Shown: in pieces, positions 18,119 through 29,332 of the stretch
How positions within the stretch are numbered: position 1 is the first letter of the stretch
How the letters are laid out: every line of letters starts with the position of its first letter
Source of the DNA: Thermoplasmata archaeon
Lineage (GTDB): Archaea > Thermoplasmatota > E2 > JACPAO01 > JAHFTW01
Assembly (NCBI GenBank): GCA_034667725.1
Contig: JAXDQS010000006.1
Span: forward strand, 28,863 to 92,862
Length of the DNA: 64,000 bases
Reading direction: 5' to 3'
Translations under genes and position numbers: made by a program
Notes under the pieces: model-generated
The model's database searches: none
What the model was told of the DNA's origin: nothing
What the model saw: the letters and a program-made list of their open reading frames with translations, nothing else

Positions 18119-18195
18119 GTGCGTTGTTCCAAGTTGGGGCCGCTTCATGAGCCTTCCCTTTCCGCCCAGGAGAGAACCACCTGCCGAAACGGGGT

Positions 18196-19452
18196 TTACT
18201 TGTCCAGGACGGGCGTCCGCTGCGGGACCTTGGCCAAGACGTAGCCGGCGCCGCTTGCGGCCAGGAGCTCCGCGAAGCCGGGCGGGGTGTCGGGCACGAA
18301 CACGGCCCCCTGCGCCAGGCTGTGGTAGGCGTACCAGACGAGTCCGCCGAAGGCCGCAAGGCCGACCAGGGTGAACAGCAGGAACTGGATGCGGGTGCCT
18401 TCCTTGGCGGTGTCGTCCGCCACCTCGTCGCCCTCCAGCATCTCCCAGAGCCGCGCCTCGGTCGGGCAGACGTTGCGGTAGAGGGCCCCCGTGCGGCGGG
18501 TCGCCATGTCGTGCAAGGTGTTGGCCTGGAGGACCGTCTGGAGGCGGGCCCGCAGCTCCTCCCCCGCCAGCTTCGTCGCCTCCTCGAGCGCCCCCAGGCC
18601 CGTGGTGGCCAGGCCCTGGACGATGGCCTCCAGCTCCCCCACCGGGTCCGCGACCTGGCCGTGCCAGGCCTGGATGCCTTTGAGAAGCTGCTCGACCTCG
18701 TCCTTGTCGGTGGCCCCCGCGTGCGCCTTCGCCTTGGCGGGCGTCGCGGCCTTGCGGGGCTTGCCGGCCAGGTTCTCCTTGGCAATGGCGGAGAACCGGG
18801 TGGCCAGCACCCCCATGCGCAAGCTGTCGTCCTTGGCGTCGATGGCCGGCGGCGGCGCGGCCGTCAGGGTCTTCAGGAGCGACTCCGCGGCCGCGGCGGG
18901 CTGGGCCGCCACCCGGCCCTTGGCGATGCCGCTGACCTTGGCGAAGTCCGGCACCTTGCGCTTCTTGTTGGCCAGCACCATGGCCGAGCCCGTGACGGTG
19001 CCGACCGTGGCCACGGTCTGGCGGGCGACGCCGACCAGGGTCCCTTGGGGGGCGCCTGCGGTGTCGGCCCCGGCCAGCCCATCCGGGTTCCACCAGCCGA
19101 CGGCCAGGATGACGGAGGCCAGCAGGACCGACCACGCGATGACCTGGAACACGCCGAGGCTGGCGACGTTGCGGCTGCTGACCACGATGCCCAGCCAGGT
19201 GCGCCGCCAGGCCCACCCGAGCAGCAGCACGGCGAGGGCGAGGCCGGCAAGCAGCAGCAGCCAGGCGTAGGCGGCGCCCATGGGCCAGTGCCGTTTCGAC
19301 TCCAGCCCGGCGTAGAGGGCGCCGGCCGCCAGCGCCCAGAGCAGCAGGCCTGGGCGGCGGGCGCGGCAGGAGTGCTGGCCGGCGCCGGCCCGCATGGGGC
19401 AGTCCGTGCGGTACCAGAATCCAAGCCAACCGAGGCCCATGCCCTGGTCCAC
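18196..19452 (-). CDS. Multi-pass membrane protein, hypothetical
   Basis: Several TM segments, two related (F/I)Qxxx(W/F) helical hairpins separated by a soluble helical region; start uncertain. Confidence 0.65.
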   Translation of the reverse strand: MDQGMGLGWLGFWYRTDCPMRAGAGQHSCRARRPGLLLWALAAGALYAGLESKRHWPMGAAYAWLLLLAGLALAVLLLGWAWRRTWLGIVVSSRNVASLGVFQVIAWSVLLASVILAVGWWNPDGLAGADTAGAPQGTLVGVARQTVATVGTVTGSAMVLANKKRKVPDFAKVSGIAKGRVAAQPAAAAESLLKTLTAAPPPAIDAKDDSLRMGVLATRFSAIAKENLAGKPRKAATPAKAKAHAGATDKDEVEQLLKGIQAWHGQVADPVGELEAIVQGLATTGLGALEEATKLAGEELRARLQTVLQANTLHDMATRRTGALYRNVCPTEARLWEMLEGDEVADDTAKEGTRIQFLLFTLVGLAAFGGLVWYAYHSLAQGAVFVPDTPPGFAELLAASGAGYVLAKVPQRTPVLDK

Positions 19453-19545
19453 CGGGAGCCCCTGAAAGGAGCTTGTGGCCCATTCCGCCTCCTTGGGCCC
19501 CGTCTGAACCTTTTAAGGGGACCCCCCGTAGCGGCGACCCGCCCC

Positions 19546-20916
19546 ATGATCACGTTCGGTCCCGCCGGAATCCCGCTGTCGTGCAAGGGCCGCACGGTGC
19601 GGGACGGCATCATCTACACCCGCAACCTCGAGCTGGACGCGATGGAGGTCCAGTTCGTGCGCGGCATCCGGATGACCGAGGAGGAGGCCGTCAAGGTGCG
19701 CGAGACGGCGGAGCAGGCCGGCGTCGAGCTTCATGTCAAGGCGCCCTATTACATCAACCTGGCCGGCGACGAGGCCAACGTCGAGATGTCGGCCAACAAG
19801 ATCCTGGCGACCGGCAAGCTGGCCGACCTGATGGGCGCCCAGACCGTCGTGTTCCACCCCGGCTTCTACGGCGACCTGTCGAAGGAGGAGACCATGGCGC
19901 GCGTGGTGCGCAACGCCCGCGACCTGCGCAGCCTGTTCATCCGCGAGGGCTGGAAGCCCCGCCTCGGCATCGAGATCATGGGCAAGCGCAACGTCTTCGG
20001 CAGCCTGGAGGAGGTCGTCGAGGTGTGCCAGAAGGTCAAGGGCGTCGTGCCCGTCATCGACTTCGCGCACATCCACGCCCGCGGCAACGGCATCCTGCAG
20101 AACCCGGAGGACTTCCTGGCGGTGTTCGAGAAGCTCGCCCCGCTCAAGCTGGAGCACTACCTCATCCACTTCACGGGCATCCACTACGAGAACGGCAACG
20201 CGCGGTACCGCCTGCCCATCAAGAAGGGCGACCTGAAGTTCGAGCCCCTCGTGGACGTCCTCTTGGACCACAACATGTCGGCGACCATCATCTCGACCTC
20301 GCCGATCCTTGAGCACGACGCGATGTACATGAACATCGTCTTCGACCGCGTCAAGGAGCGCCGCGACGCCCGTGTCGCCAAGGAGCTCCAGGAGGCCATC
20401 CAGGCGGAGGAGAAGGAGAAGGTCCGCCAGCAGAAGGAGGCCGAGGCCGCCCGCGTGCGCGCCGAGAAGGAGGAGGTCGCCGCCCGCGCCAAGGCCGAGA
20501 AGGAGGCCGCCCGCCTCGCGACACTGGAGGCCAAGCGGCGCGCCGAGGAGGAGGAGGCCGCCCGCAAGGCCGCCATCCCCGACTGCGAGGCCCTCACCAA
20601 GTCCGGCCAGGCCTGCAAGAAGAAGGCCGACGGGCGCGGCAAGTTCTGCATCCAGCACAAGGGCTGGCGCGGCCAGACCATCTGGGACCTGCCCGAGAAC
20701 CAGACCCCGAAGGTCGTGCAGTCCACGCCCAAGAAGCGCGTCCAGGTCCAGGTGGACGACTACAAGCTGTGGAAGAAGGACGAGCGCCTGGTGTTCGCCA
20801 AGGACAAGAAGGACGGCTACACGGCCATCTTCAAGGTCCCCGACGGCAAGCAGGTGCGCTACAACAAGCAGAAGGTCCCCGTGCTGCGCTCCCTCACCGA
20901 CGACGCCGAGGAGTGA
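19546..20916 (+). CDS. Endonuclease IV-like TIM barrel with degenerate metal ligands, plus coiled coil, CCCH finger and C-terminal domain
   Basis: FGPAGIP, MEVQFVRG, APYYINL, FHPGFY, EIMGK...FGSLEE, IDFAHIHAR; TTTTAA box at 19511. Confidence 0.88.
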   Translation: MITFGPAGIPLSCKGRTVRDGIIYTRNLELDAMEVQFVRGIRMTEEEAVKVRETAEQAGVELHVKAPYYINLAGDEANVEMSANKILATGKLADLMGAQTVVFHPGFYGDLSKEETMARVVRNARDLRSLFIREGWKPRLGIEIMGKRNVFGSLEEVVEVCQKVKGVVPVIDFAHIHARGNGILQNPEDFLAVFEKLAPLKLEHYLIHFTGIHYENGNARYRLPIKKGDLKFEPLVDVLLDHNMSATIISTSPILEHDAMYMNIVFDRVKERRDARVAKELQEAIQAEEKEKVRQQKEAEAARVRAEKEEVAARAKAEKEAARLATLEAKRRAEEEEAARKAAIPDCEALTKSGQACKKKADGRGKFCIQHKGWRGQTIWDLPENQTPKVVQSTPKKRVQVQVDDYKLWKKDERLVFAKDKKDGYTAIFKVPDGKQVRYNKQKVPVLRSLTDDAEE

Positions 20917-21467
20917 GGCCGGTGCAGCTCGGCACGCCGCTCGAGCACATCCTTGCCGCCGCGCGCACCACCCTCGACATCGAGGAGAAGCCGCTCGCGG
21001 AGTTCCTGCGCGTGCTGCAGCCCGCCCGCCGCGTGTTCCTGTACGGCCGCGGCCGCTCCGGCTTCGTCGCCCGCGCCTTCGCGGTGCGCCTCATGCACCT
21101 CGGCTACCAGACCTACGTCGTCGGCGAGACCATCACCGCGCCCGTCAAGCGGGACGACGTCGTGGTCCTGGTCTCCGGCTCCGGCAGCACCTACCCCGTC
21201 GTCATGACCGCCGAGCTCGGCCGCCGCCAGGGCGCCACCGTCGTGGCCATCACGGCGCAGCCCGAGTCGGAGGTCGCGCGCCTTGCCCACGTCGTCGTGC
21301 CGCTGTCGCCGCCGGACGGCAACGGCGAGCGCGCCCGGCTGGCGCCGCTGGGCACGCTGTTCGAGACGAGCGCATGGCTGTTCTTCGACGCCGTGGTCGC
21401 GATCCTGATGGAGCGGCTGGGCGAGTCCGAGGCGTCCATGCGGAAGCGCCACGCCACGCTCGAGTGA
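20913..21467 (+). CDS. hxlB: 6-phospho-3-hexuloisomerase (SIS domain)
   Basis: GRGRSGFVARAFAVRLMHLG, VVGET, SGSG, APLGTLFE, RHATLE; GTGA overlap with the upstream gene. Confidence 0.9.
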   Translation: MRPVQLGTPLEHILAAARTTLDIEEKPLAEFLRVLQPARRVFLYGRGRSGFVARAFAVRLMHLGYQTYVVGETITAPVKRDDVVVLVSGSGSTYPVVMTAELGRRQGATVVAITAQPESEVARLAHVVVPLSPPDGNGERARLAPLGTLFETSAWLFFDAVVAILMERLGESEASMRKRHATLE

Positions 21468-21485
21468 ACGCGCCAGCGCCCGCTG

Positions 21486-21540
21486 GCCGCGGAGGGCGCG
21501 GACCGTATGGGCTCCGCGGGCGCTCCGCGTCCTCCGCGGC
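21486..21540. repeat. GC-rich hairpin with 9-bp-periodic CGCGGA/TCCGCG units between convergent genes
   Basis: GCCGCGGAGGGCGCGGA...TCCGCGTCCTCCGCGGC. Confidence 0.7.
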
Positions 21541-21558
21541 TGCTGTCGATGCGGGCGC

Positions 21559-24500
21559 CTATCGCAGGCGCCGCCGCACGGCCACCAGGGCCACGGCGAC
21601 CGCGCCCACCAGGGCGACGACCTCGAAGCCCGGGATGAGGCCCTTGCCGGAGGCGGGCGTGTTGTTGCCCGGGATGCCGGAGGTCGGGATCGACGCGTAG
21701 CCGGGCACGTACTGGCTGTTCAGGTCCTCGATGTAGCCGCCGGCGGCGTCCATCGAAGTGTACGCGGTCACGAGGTACTGCGACCCGGCGGGCGGGTTGA
21801 TGTCGCGGAACGCCTTGGTGCTGGGCGACACGTCGAGGAGCTTGACCCAGGGGCTGCTCATGCGCCAGACCTGGTAGCCGGCGACGCCGGGCTGCTGCTG
21901 CCAGGAGACGATGACGTCGTTGCCCTCCGGGGTCGCCTGGATGGAGGCGCGCAGGGCCGCGTTGATGGCGGCCAGGTCGCCGGCCGCGGGGCCGGTGCCG
22001 CTGGTCGAGGTGGTGCCGGAGTCGGTGGTGGCGGTGTCCGAGCCCGTCGTCGACGTGCTGGTGTCGGTGGAGGTCGTGGGCGGGGGCGGGGGCGGCGGAG
22101 CGACCGGGGGCGGGGCGCCGCCGCCGGAGGTGCTGCCGGTGGCGCCGCCGGTGCCGCTCACGCGAACGGCGTTGACGGGCGGCGGGGCGTAGTCCTTGGT
22201 GGTGCCAAGCACCAGGTAGGCGACGTCGTCGTTGGCCTGGGTGGCGTCGGCGCCGTCGAAGCGCTGGTTGCCGTTGGCGTCGAAGTAGCGGATGAACCAG
22301 GTCAGGCCGCCGCCGGGGGTGGCGCAGGTGGTCTGGCCGCTCGTGAGGTCGGAGTTGCCGGCCAGCAGGATGGTGCCCGCGCCGTGCAGCGCCGTGCCCG
22401 TGGCCGGGTACGGGGTCGCGCGCAGGTCGAACGACTGGATGGTGCCGGTGGCGCCGAAGGGGGCGCCGAAGTCCACCGTGTCGACCTCGATGTAGACGGG
22501 ATCGGTCGAGGACAGGCCGGTGCGGCCGTCGACGTCGATGTAGCACAGGCGGGTGCGCAGGCTGGCGCTGTCGCGGGTGAACGCGGCGCCGCCGGTGACC
22601 TCCTGCGAGTAGCTGGTGTCGCCGGTCTTGATCAGCGTGCCGGCCGCGGAGGCGCCGCTGGCGGTGAGGCGGATGTCGTTGACCTGCAGCGGCAGCGCGC
22701 CGGCGAAGCTCGCGAAGAACGAGTCGTCGGCCGCGGAGCCCGAGTCGCCGCGGTTGAACCGCACCAGCGTGAAGCTGCCGGCGAGCTCGCGCAGCACGGG
22801 CACGAAGCCGGTGGTGGCGGGCGTCACGCGGGCGCCGAAGGTCGAGCCGTAGAGGTAGGCGTCGCCGACGGCGAGGAACGGGAAGCAGGCGGCGGGGCAC
22901 AGCGGGTCGTAGGACACGGCCACGATGTCGCCGGTGGCGAGGTTGATGCCGGTGGCGTCCGCGTCGGTGTTGACGACGCTGGTGCCCGCGACGCCGCCGA
23001 CCGGGTGGTCGATGACGCGCACGTCGCCGAAGTCGACCCGGTCGTTCTCGGAGTCGTAGATGTACTCGGAGGAGCCGGCGTCGTAGGTGGTGTCCACGCC
23101 GGTGACGCGGATCTTGGCGTAGGCGGTGAGCGCGGTGCCGCAGTCGGCGTCGCCGGGGCACACCACCGGCTGGGCGGGGCCGTCGGCGAGCGAGGGGTGG
23201 AACAGGCGCATCATGCCGTTGACGACGGTGGCGCCCGAGCCGGTGTAGAGCGCCTCGGTGCCGGGCTCCCAGCGGCCGGCGACGGCGCCGAGGCCGTCGG
23301 ACAGCAGGGTGCTCGCCATGGCCCGGAGCGGGGTGACGTCGGAGTTGTCGGCGTCGAAGCGCTTGACCACGAGGGCCGCGTCGGTGACGAGGGCGAGGCC
23401 GAGGTCGGAGTCGCCGGCCTTGGCCTGGGTGCCGGCCGCGAACGCGGGCAGCGCGGTCGTGATGCGGACGTCGCCAATCTCGACGGTGGCGGCGACGTTG
23501 CCGGCGCGCTTGAGGTAGATCGGGTCGTTGGCCGAGAAGCCGGCGGGCGACTGGTCGTAGTAGCGCAGCTGGCCGGCGAACGAGGCGGTGTAGGTGTCGA
23601 TGCCGGTGCCGTGGCCGGGGGAGGTGGCGCTGGTGCCCTTGGTCGTGACCAGGACGCCGCCGCTGCTGCCGGAGGGGCCGCGATAGAGCGTGACGTCGCC
23701 CTGCAGCAGGACGGCGTTGGTGCCGTCGGGGTCCGGGAAGTGCAGGAACATGTGCTGGTTGGCGAGGTTGGCGTCGGCGGTGTTGGTGATGGCAACACCG
23801 GGGGCGACCTGGCGGTAGGTGGGCTTGGCGTCGACGCCGGTGGCCGTGGTGACGACCGTGCCGTAGTCGAGCGAGCTGGAGAGCAGGTTGACCGTGGTCT
23901 GCATGACGCGGACGTCGCCGAGGTCGGGGTGGATGGTGTTGGCGCCCGTCGCAGTGGGGGCGGAGGGGCCCTTGAGGAAGAACGCGTCCGAGGTGTTGAT
24001 GGCGCCGGAGTTGTCGGCGTCGTACCAGGCGAGGTTGAAGGCGCCGGTGGCGAAGCTCAGGGTGATGGGCTTGGTGCGGTCGGCGTCGTTGGCCTCCACG
24101 ATGTCCTGGTCGCCGGCCATCACGATGCGGGCCTTGGTGCAGGTGGTGCCGGAGCAGGAGAACTCGGCGGTGGCGCCGAGGCCAGGAGGCACGATGCGCA
24201 GGTCGCCGGCGGTCAGGGTGCCGGAGGCGCCCACGTCGACGTAGAGGCCATCGCCGAAGGTCCAGCCGGGCTTGCCGTCCGACTCCAGGTAGCGCACCAG
24301 GGGCTCGATGGGGGCGAGCACCAGGGTGCCGTCGAAGTTGGGGGTGGCGGCGTCGGGGTCGCCGGGGCCGACCCAGGCGCCCTCCTTGGCCGTCGTGGGC
24401 GTGCACGCGCCGCTCGTGAGCACGACGCCGCAGGTCAGGCGGAAGGTGCGGCCCGCGGTGGTGAGGGCGGTGTCGGCGGCGGCGCCGAAGTGGATGTAGT

Positions 24501-24729
24501 AGGCGTCGTCCGCGTGGTCGGCGGCGATGCCGATGTCGCGGCGGGCCAGGTAGGCGTCGGTGACGCCGGCGAGCGTGTAGGTCAGGGTCGGGACGAAGTC
24601 GGGGTTGCCCGGCTGGACCTTGGTGCCGAGGCTGCCGTAGGAGACGGCGGCGGTCTCGGCGCCCAGGAGCAGGATGGTGACGATGGCCAAGGCGGCGATG
24701 CCGGCCTTGGTGGAAGCCCGGGTGGACAT
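21559..24729 (-). CDS. Large PGF-CTERM cell-surface protein with ~70-80 aa repeats and Fn3-like domain
   Basis: Signal peptide; recurrent D(L/V/I)R...GTxVxxGDxD and DxDxxG motifs; Pro/Thr linker; IPGFEVVALVGAVAVALVAVRRRLR. Confidence 0.9.
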   Translation of the reverse strand: MSTRASTKAGIAALAIVTILLLGAETAAVSYGSLGTKVQPGNPDFVPTLTYTLAGVTDAYLARRDIGIAADHADDAYYIHFGAAADTALTTAGRTFRLTCGVVLTSGACTPTTAKEGAWVGPGDPDAATPNFDGTLVLAPIEPLVRYLESDGKPGWTFGDGLYVDVGASGTLTAGDLRIVPPGLGATAEFSCSGTTCTKARIVMAGDQDIVEANDADRTKPITLSFATGAFNLAWYDADNSGAINTSDAFFLKGPSAPTATGANTIHPDLGDVRVMQTTVNLLSSSLDYGTVVTTATGVDAKPTYRQVAPGVAITNTADANLANQHMFLHFPDPDGTNAVLLQGDVTLYRGPSGSSGGVLVTTKGTSATSPGHGTGIDTYTASFAGQLRYYDQSPAGFSANDPIYLKRAGNVAATVEIGDVRITTALPAFAAGTQAKAGDSDLGLALVTDAALVVKRFDADNSDVTPLRAMASTLLSDGLGAVAGRWEPGTEALYTGSGATVVNGMMRLFHPSLADGPAQPVVCPGDADCGTALTAYAKIRVTGVDTTYDAGSSEYIYDSENDRVDFGDVRVIDHPVGGVAGTSVVNTDADATGINLATGDIVAVSYDPLCPAACFPFLAVGDAYLYGSTFGARVTPATTGFVPVLRELAGSFTLVRFNRGDSGSAADDSFFASFAGALPLQVNDIRLTASGASAAGTLIKTGDTSYSQEVTGGAAFTRDSASLRTRLCYIDVDGRTGLSSTDPVYIEVDTVDFGAPFGATGTIQSFDLRATPYPATGTALHGAGTILLAGNSDLTSGQTTCATPGGGLTWFIRYFDANGNQRFDGADATQANDDVAYLVLGTTKDYAPPPVNAVRVSGTGGATGSTSGGGAPPPVAPPPPPPPTTSTDTSTSTTGSDTATTDSGTTSTSGTGPAAGDLAAINAALRASIQATPEGNDVIVSWQQQPGVAGYQVWRMSSPWVKLLDVSPSTKAFRDINPPAGSQYLVTAYTSMDAAGGYIEDLNSQYVPGYASIPTSGIPGNNTPASGKGLIPGFEVVALVGAVAVALVAVRRRLR

Positions 24730-24816
24730 GACGGCCGTTCAATGGCTGGCAAGCGATAATAAGCTCCCGGTCGCGACGGCCACGGCGAAGCGCCTGCCGC
24801 GGCAGGTCGAAACCGA

Positions 24817-24853
24817 ACAAAAGGGAGGGAAAGGGAAGGAGGGGGAAAGGGAG
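24817..24853 (-). terminator. Pyrimidine-rich tract downstream of the putative S-layer gene
   Basis: On the minus strand CTCCCTTTCCCCCTCCTTCCCTTTCCCTCCCTTTTGTT just after the stop at 24866. Confidence 0.5.
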
Positions 24854-24863
24854 TTCGCGCTAG

Positions 24864-27091
<2,228 letters not shown>

Positions 27092-27226
27092 GTGTTTGTT
27101 CCTCCAATTGTGGTCCAGGGTTGCGTCCGGTCTGGGCCATCACCGATGGCGACGTTCCGGGGCGTGGACCCGTGAGGGCCCGGCCTTGGACTCGGGCTCC
27201 GGTTACATTCGACCCATATAAAAAGG
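27092..27226 (-). promoter_or_regulatory. Strong TATA box, ~100-nt structured 5' UTR and SD of the putative S-layer gene
   Basis: Minus strand TTTTTATAT (about 27217-27225); GGTCCA/TGGACC and GCCATC/GATGGC stems; GGAGG about 9 nt before the ATG. Confidence 0.65.
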
Positions 27227-27363
27227 AGTCCCTTAAACTAGATAAGGCGCCCTTCGGCCCGGGCCGCCCCTTTCCTACTGGGACAGGTTCATGTTCCAGT
27301 GGAACGGATGGAAGCCGCCCGCGTGCTTCCAGGAGAACCTTCGCTGCCGGTGGAATCAATCGG

Positions 27364-28359
27364 CTAATCGAGCCGGCGCCGGGCCATGGCCAAGGCCGCC
27401 GCCAGGCCGGCCGCGACCGCGAACGCGGCCGCCGGGCTCGACTTGGTCGACGTGGCCGGGCCGGTGCGCGGGTTGCCCTGCGGGTAGCTGGGCGCCGACG
27501 AGGACGAGGTCGGCGGCGGGGGCGAGGTGGTCGTCTCCGACGGGTAGGTGATGGTGAAGCTCGTGCTGGACGGCGTGGTGGTGCTGGCCGAGCTGGAGGT
27601 GGTGCTGGAGCTCGTGGTGGACGAGGAGCCCGCCTTGACCTGGGAGCCGAACTGGGTCTCCTCGAGCCGGAGCGCGCCCAGCGGGATGGTGCTGCCCGCG
27701 GGGTGGCCGGTGGCGGCCGTCGGGAGCAGGAACGCCTCGTCGGCGGGGCCGAACAGGGTGTTGGCGTCCTTCTCCAGCCAGGTCACGGACGGGGTCGCAA
27801 GCGGCACGGCGCCTTGGCCGGTGCCGTAGTAGTCGGGGTGGTTCGAGAACACCAAGGTGCCCGCGGGCAGGTCGCCGGCCGGCGTCAGGCGGATGGTGGG
27901 CGTCACCTGGGAGCCGCTGGAGCTGGTGGGCTTGAGGCCGGGGGAGCCGTCGGCGTCGAGGTAGAGCGCGTCGCTGTCGTCGTAGTTGCCGTTGGTGTTG
28001 CCGTCGACGTACTTCAGCGTCATCGGGATGATGCGCAGGTTCGTGCCCGAGAACAGCTCCGCCGCGTCCTCCGACACCACCAGGCTGCCCGGCGCCTTGT
28101 CGTAGCAGACCGAGCCCTCGCGGAACGAGCGCAGGATGCGGACGTCATGCACCGAGACGCCGCCGCCCGGGTTGCTCATCTCCAGGTAGGCGCAGTCGTC
28201 GTACGGGTCCCCGGTCAGGCCGAAGTCGATGTAGGCCACCGAGACCTCGAAGCTCGCGACCCCGGTGGTCGCGGCGGGGCTCTGGGCCGCGCCGGGCATG
28301 GCGGCCGCGGCCAACAGGAGGGCGAGGGCGGCCGTGGCCAGGAGGGACCTGGATTGCAT
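27364..28359 (-). CDS. Surface protein with one copy of the S-layer-type repeat domain and C-terminal TM anchor
   Basis: YVDGNTNGNYDDSDALYL, TIRLTPAGDLPAGTLV, FGSQVKAG; S/T linker; SPAAAFAVAAGLAAALAMARRR. Confidence 0.85.
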   Translation of the reverse strand: MQSRSLLATAALALLLAAAAMPGAAQSPAATTGVASFEVSVAYIDFGLTGDPYDDCAYLEMSNPGGGVSVHDVRILRSFREGSVCYDKAPGSLVVSEDAAELFSGTNLRIIPMTLKYVDGNTNGNYDDSDALYLDADGSPGLKPTSSSGSQVTPTIRLTPAGDLPAGTLVFSNHPDYYGTGQGAVPLATPSVTWLEKDANTLFGPADEAFLLPTAATGHPAGSTIPLGALRLEETQFGSQVKAGSSSTTSSSTTSSSASTTTPSSTSFTITYPSETTTSPPPPTSSSSAPSYPQGNPRTGPATSTKSSPAAAFAVAAGLAAALAMARRRLD

Positions 28360-28456
28360 GCGCGGGCGACGGAAGGCATGCGTTTAAGGAGGTTGCGTGC
28401 CCGGCATCCGGCAGGCCCGGGCAAGGCCTCAAGTCCCGCGCCCCATCGCGCCGAGC

Positions 28457-29101
28457 GTGCCCATCCGCGCCGTCCTGTGGGACCTCGACGGCACCCTGCT
28501 GGACTCCAACCCCAGCATCCGCGCCACCATGAACCACGTCCTCAAGGAGCGCGGCCTGCCCGTGTTCGCCAAGCAGGAGCTGGACCTGCTGGTCGGCCAT
28601 CCGCTGCGGGAGATCCTGGCCACCAAGTGCCCCGACCCCGCCGTGGTGGAGACGATGGCGCACCGCTACCGCGCGGTCTACAACGAGTCGGGCTGGCTCA
28701 CCGTCCGGCTGCACGACGGCGTCCCCGAGCTGGTGGACGAGCTGGAGCGCCGCGGCGTCCGCCAGGCCCTCGTCACCTCCAAGGGCCAGCAGGAGACGGA
28801 GACCCTGATAACGGACCTGGGCTTCGCGCACCCTTGGGACGCCATCGTGGGCGACGACGACGTCCGGCCGCTCAAGCCCGACCCGGCGCCGGTGCTGGAG
28901 GCGCTTCGGCTCCTGGACTGCCTCCCCGGGGAGGCGGCGATGGTGGGCGACACCCGGTTCGACATCGGCGCCGGCAAGGGCGCGGGCGTCCTCGCGGTGG
29001 GCGTGCTGTGGGGCAACGGGTCGGCCGAGAGCCTGCGGCAGGCGGGCGCGGACGCCTTGGTGCGCGACCCGAAGGAACTGCGGAAGCTGCTCTTGAAGTG
29101 A
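28457..29101 (+). CDS. HAD-IA hydrolase (phosphoglycolate phosphatase/PpaX-like)
   Basis: WDLDGTLLDS, VTSK, KPDP, MVGDTRFD. Confidence 0.9.
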   Translation: MPIRAVLWDLDGTLLDSNPSIRATMNHVLKERGLPVFAKQELDLLVGHPLREILATKCPDPAVVETMAHRYRAVYNESGWLTVRLHDGVPELVDELERRGVRQALVTSKGQQETETLITDLGFAHPWDAIVGDDDVRPLKPDPAPVLEALRLLDCLPGEAAMVGDTRFDIGAGKGAGVLAVGVLWGNGSAESLRQAGADALVRDPKELRKLLLK

Positions 29102-29108
29102 GCCTGCT

Positions 29109-29285
29109 TCAGGCCGTCGTCAGGCGCCAGTAGTGGTGCAGCAGCAGGACGCAGACGCCGGCGACACCGGCCACGATGAGGACGATGCTGGGCCGCACCT
29201 TGAAGGCGGTGTCCTCTTCCGCGTCGAAGTAGCGGATGAGGCCGGCCGCCGACTGGATGCCCGGGCCCTTGTTCTTCTGCGCCAT
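29109..29285 (-). CDS. secG: Preprotein translocase subunit Sec61-beta
   Basis: GIQSAAGLIRYFDAEE...KVRP plus a single C-terminal TM helix. Confidence 0.88.
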   Translation of the reverse strand: MAQKNKGPGIQSAAGLIRYFDAEEDTAFKVRPSIVLIVAGVAGVCVLLLHHYWRLTTA

Positions 29286-29332
29286 TGCGCCGGCCAGAGA
29301 GGGGGTCTTGATAGGTTCTTCGCAGCCGCCTC

